A DNA stretch of 63,808 nt, counting the filler, from Nemertoderma westbladi (lineage: Eukaryota > Animalia > Xenacoelomorpha), in NCBI GenBank assembly GCA_032718475.1. It is 4 parts of 4 records of this genome, joined end to end, with 100 filler letters (N's around TTAATTAATTAA, not from the genome) between each part and the next. Parts side by side here need not be neighbours in the genome. Positions count along the whole stretch, not along the records: positions 56,869 to 63,808 come from JAUCBJ010000460.1; 3 more parts are not named here. One strand, 5' to 3'. The translations under genes and the position numbers were made by a program. Below are positions 60,589 to 63,808 of the stretch, in pieces. The notes under the pieces are model-generated. The model did no database searches, was not told the DNA's origin, and was given only the letters and a program-made list of their open reading frames with translations. Position 1 is the stretch's first letter. Every line of letters begins with the position of its first letter.

Positions 60589-62025
60589 ATGACGTCGATA
60601 AAGTTTGATAGAAAAAGTACTGTAAAACTGGATACATTGAAACAAATTGAGAGTCGTGTACGAACAAAATGGGAGGAGGAACGAATGTTTGAAGAAGATG
60701 CTCCTCTAACTGACGACCCGAAATACTTTGTTAATTTCCCGTATCCGTACATGAATGGAAAACTTCATATTGGCCACACATTTTCCTTGTCTAAATGCGA
60801 ATTCGCTGTGGGATATCAGCGTTTGAGAGGGAAAAGATGTTTATTTCCCTTCGGGTTCCACTGCACGGGGATGCCTATAAGAGCTTGCGCGGACAAACTG
60901 AAACGCGAGATAGAACAGTTCGGTAATCCGCCAAACTTTCCCGACGAAGAAACCGAAGAGGTTATCGATGGGGGTGGACAAACCGGTGAAATCGTTATTA
61001 AAGATAAATCGAAAGGGAAGAAGAGTAAGGCGGTCGCCAAAGCCGGATTGGGGAAGTTCCAATGGCAGATAATGTTATCTCTGGGAGTAGCGGAATCCGA
61101 GATTCCAAAGTTTGCCGATCCGAAATACTGGTTGACATTCTTTCCGCCGTTGTGTCACTCCGATCTCAAGCGTTTCGGACTAAAAACGGATTGGCGTCGG
61201 AGTTTCATTACGACTGACGCCAATCCTTGCTACGACTCATTCGTACGGTGGCAGTTTCTCCGCCTCAAAGAACGGAATCGCGTCAAGTTCGGTAAGCGGT
61301 ACACGGTGTTCTCGCCGAAGGACGGGCAACCATGTATGGACCACGACCGGCAGACTGGGGAGGGAGTCGGACCCCAGGAGTACACGCTCATCAAACTGAA
61401 ACTAATAGCTCCCCTTCCATCGTGTCTGTCCGGCTGCGATGGGCGTCCGGTCTTCCTAGTCGCAGCGACACTCCGCCCAGAGACGATGTACGGACAGACC
61501 AACTGCTGGGTCCATCCGGACATTCGTTACGTAGTGTTCCCTACCGCGGACAATCAGCTGTTCGTTGCTACGCGACGCGCCGCTCTCAACATGAGTTACC
61601 AGGGGTTTACCTCGCGGTTCGGGGTCGTTGAACCCCTGGTCGAAGTCCGTGGTAGTGAGTTACTGGGTCTCCCGCTAGAGGCGCCGTTAACGTCCTATCC
61701 CCGGGTGTTCGTGCTGCCTATGTTAACAGTGAAGGACTCTAAAGGTACGGGGATAGTGACCAGTGTCCCTAGCGACGCCCCTGACGACTGGGCCGCTTTG
61801 AACGACCTCGTAAAGAAGCCGGCCCTCCGCGATAAGTTTGGAATTCGGGAGGATATGGTCACTCCCTTCCGGCCCCTTCCGATTATAGAAGTTCCCGGGT
61901 TCGGGAACTTATCGGCTGTTAAAGTTTCTTTGGATCTGAAGATTCAGAGTCAAAACGACACGGATAAGTTGCAGTTGGCCAAGGAGAAGGTTTATCTTAA
62001 GGGTTTCTACGAGGGGATACTGCAG
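60589..62025 (+). CDS. LARS1: Cytosolic leucyl-tRNA synthetase, first coding exon (gene continues beyond)
   Basis: [14 protein letters not shown] (HIGH motif), [56 protein letters not shown] (editing domain); donor CAG|gtgaat at 62025. Confidence 0.96.
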
Positions 62026-62306
62026 GTGAATGCTCGGCCCTAGTGTATTAGTGTATTACTCTATACACTTGAAAATATATCATTTATTTTCGTTTTTAAT
62101 TTCTGATATTTTCATTTTTTGTTTCAGTTCTCGTTTCCTTTAACAGGTTTTACGTCGATTACGGCCCTCATTTGTAGGTGGGGAAGGGGGGGGGGGGGGG
62201 GGGGTTCTCTACTCTTCTACCCTCATCCCCAACCAAGATTAACATATTTAATATTTTATTTATTTAACGTATATTCATTAACGTATTTTATGTTAACTTT
62301 GCAGAT

Positions 62307-62346
<40 letters not shown>

Positions 62347-62369
62347 GGGTGACTATAGCCGTAGCTGTA

Positions 62370-63320
62370 ACTCACTGAATCTATTGTACACCACTTAGCG
62401 GTAACTCTTAACTCACTGTATCTATTGACACCACCTAGCGGTAACTCATTGAATCTAAATACACCACCTAGCGGTCTCTCATTGAATCTATTGTACACCA
62501 CCTAGCGGTAACTCTTTACTCACTGAATCTATTGACACCACCTAGCGTTAACACATTCAATCTATTGTACACCACCTAGCGGTAACTCACTGAATCTATT
62601 GTACACCACCTAGCGGTAACTCACTGAATCTATTGTTTACCACCTAGCGGTAACTCTTTACTCACTGAATCTATTGACACCACGTAGCGTTAACACATTG
62701 AATCTATTGTACACCACCTAGCGGTAACTCACTGAATCTATTGTACACCACCTAGCGGTAACTCACTGAATCTATTGTACACCACCTAGCGGTAACTCAC
62801 TGAATCTATTGTACACCACTTAGCGGTAACTCTTAACTCACTGAATCTATTGACACCACCTAGCGGTAACACATTGAATCTATTGTACACCACCTAGCGG
62901 TAACTCTTAACTCACTGAATCTATTGACACCACCTAGCGTTAACACATTCAATATATTGTACACCACCTAGCGGTAACTCACTGAATCTTTTGTACACCA
63001 CCTAGCGGTAACTCACTGAATCTATTGTTCACCACCTAGCGGTAACTCTTTACTCACTGAATCTATTGACACCACCTAGCGTTAACACATTGAATCTATT
63101 GTACACCACCTAGCGGTAACTCACTGAATCTATTGTACACCACTTAGCGGTAACTCTTAACTCACTGAATCTATTGACACCACCTAGCGGTAACACATTG
63201 AATCTATTGTACACCACCTAGCGGTAACTCTTAACTCACTGAATCTATTGACACCACCTAGCGTTAACACATTGAATCTATTGTACACCACCTAGCGGTA
63301 ACTCCCTGAATCTATTTTAC
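62370..63320. repeat. 34-40-bp variant minisatellite (CACCTAGCGGTAACTCACTGAATCTATTGTACAC) in the LARS intron
   Basis: Tandem units with alternating variants. Confidence 0.92.
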
Positions 63321-63808
63321 ACTAGTCCGTTGCTACGGGATCGGGATCCACAATTTCCGGATCGGGATTTTTGATTTTATTGCGGCCATACCCTGCATTT
63401 ATATGTGTACAAAATACTTTCGAGAAATCTCATATAGGCCTACTAAGAAATGCCTGGAAAAATGTCCACTGACTTTTTCCAATGTTTCACAAATCCATTC
63501 ATCCTAGCTAAAAGTTTTGTTATGGGGGTTTTCATGATCTCTGATTTCCTTCCAAACGTCAGTTTTCACTTTTAACGAAAACCATTATGTCTTGATGTCT
63601 GCCTGTCAGTCTGTCTGTCCGTCCGGCGATCTGTCTGTCAAAATATAACGACACCATACCACCAAGTTAAAAATGTTTTTGTTGTGGTTTTCCTGGTCAC
63701 TGATTTCATTTACGATGTCAGTTTTAATATTTTGCGAAGTCTATTATGTCTGTCTGTCGGTCTGTCTGTATGTCCGTCTGTCTGTCAAAATAAAAGAAAA
63801 TCATTCCA

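Noticed and set aside
62185-62350. Long poly-G/poly-C tracts (also about 12970-13017, 41080-41103, 53696-53720) as functional G-quadruplex elements
   Set aside because: They are common throughout the window, their lengths are unreliable, and no positional pattern supports a specific function.

Overview
AT-rich, repeat-dense genomic DNA from an invertebrate-like animal, with spliceosomal introns and three 100-bp scaffold gaps. I reconstructed four host genes by hand from splice sites: (1) a two-domain LAMP lysosomal membrane glycoprotein (+, seven coding exons at 1345-17014, ending GYQQV*); (2) a two-exon minus-strand gene joining a seven-repeat WD40 exon (41012-40139) to a Roc-COR GTPase + tandem CARD exon (31126-27861); (3) two exons of a CUB domain (+, 47508-52158); and (4) the first coding exon of cytosolic leucyl-tRNA synthetase (+, 60589-62025). 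The 9-kb intron of the WD40-Roc-COR-CARD gene holds a 4.9-kb IS3EU-like DNA transposon (TACGG..CCGTA ends, 6-bp target duplication). It carries an open HECT E3-ligase-like ORF and an internally deleted DDE transposase. The rest is an intact-looking CR1/L2-group LINE, fragments of RTE, RTE-X, L2 and CRE elements, many MITE, foldback and HINE-like elements, and several minisatellites that produce most of the long spurious ORFs. The most notable candidate is the WD40-Roc-COR-CARD-CARD protein, an Apaf-1/NLR-like layout with a ROCO GTPase in place of the STAND ATPase. All domain calls come from reading motifs by eye; no database search was run.
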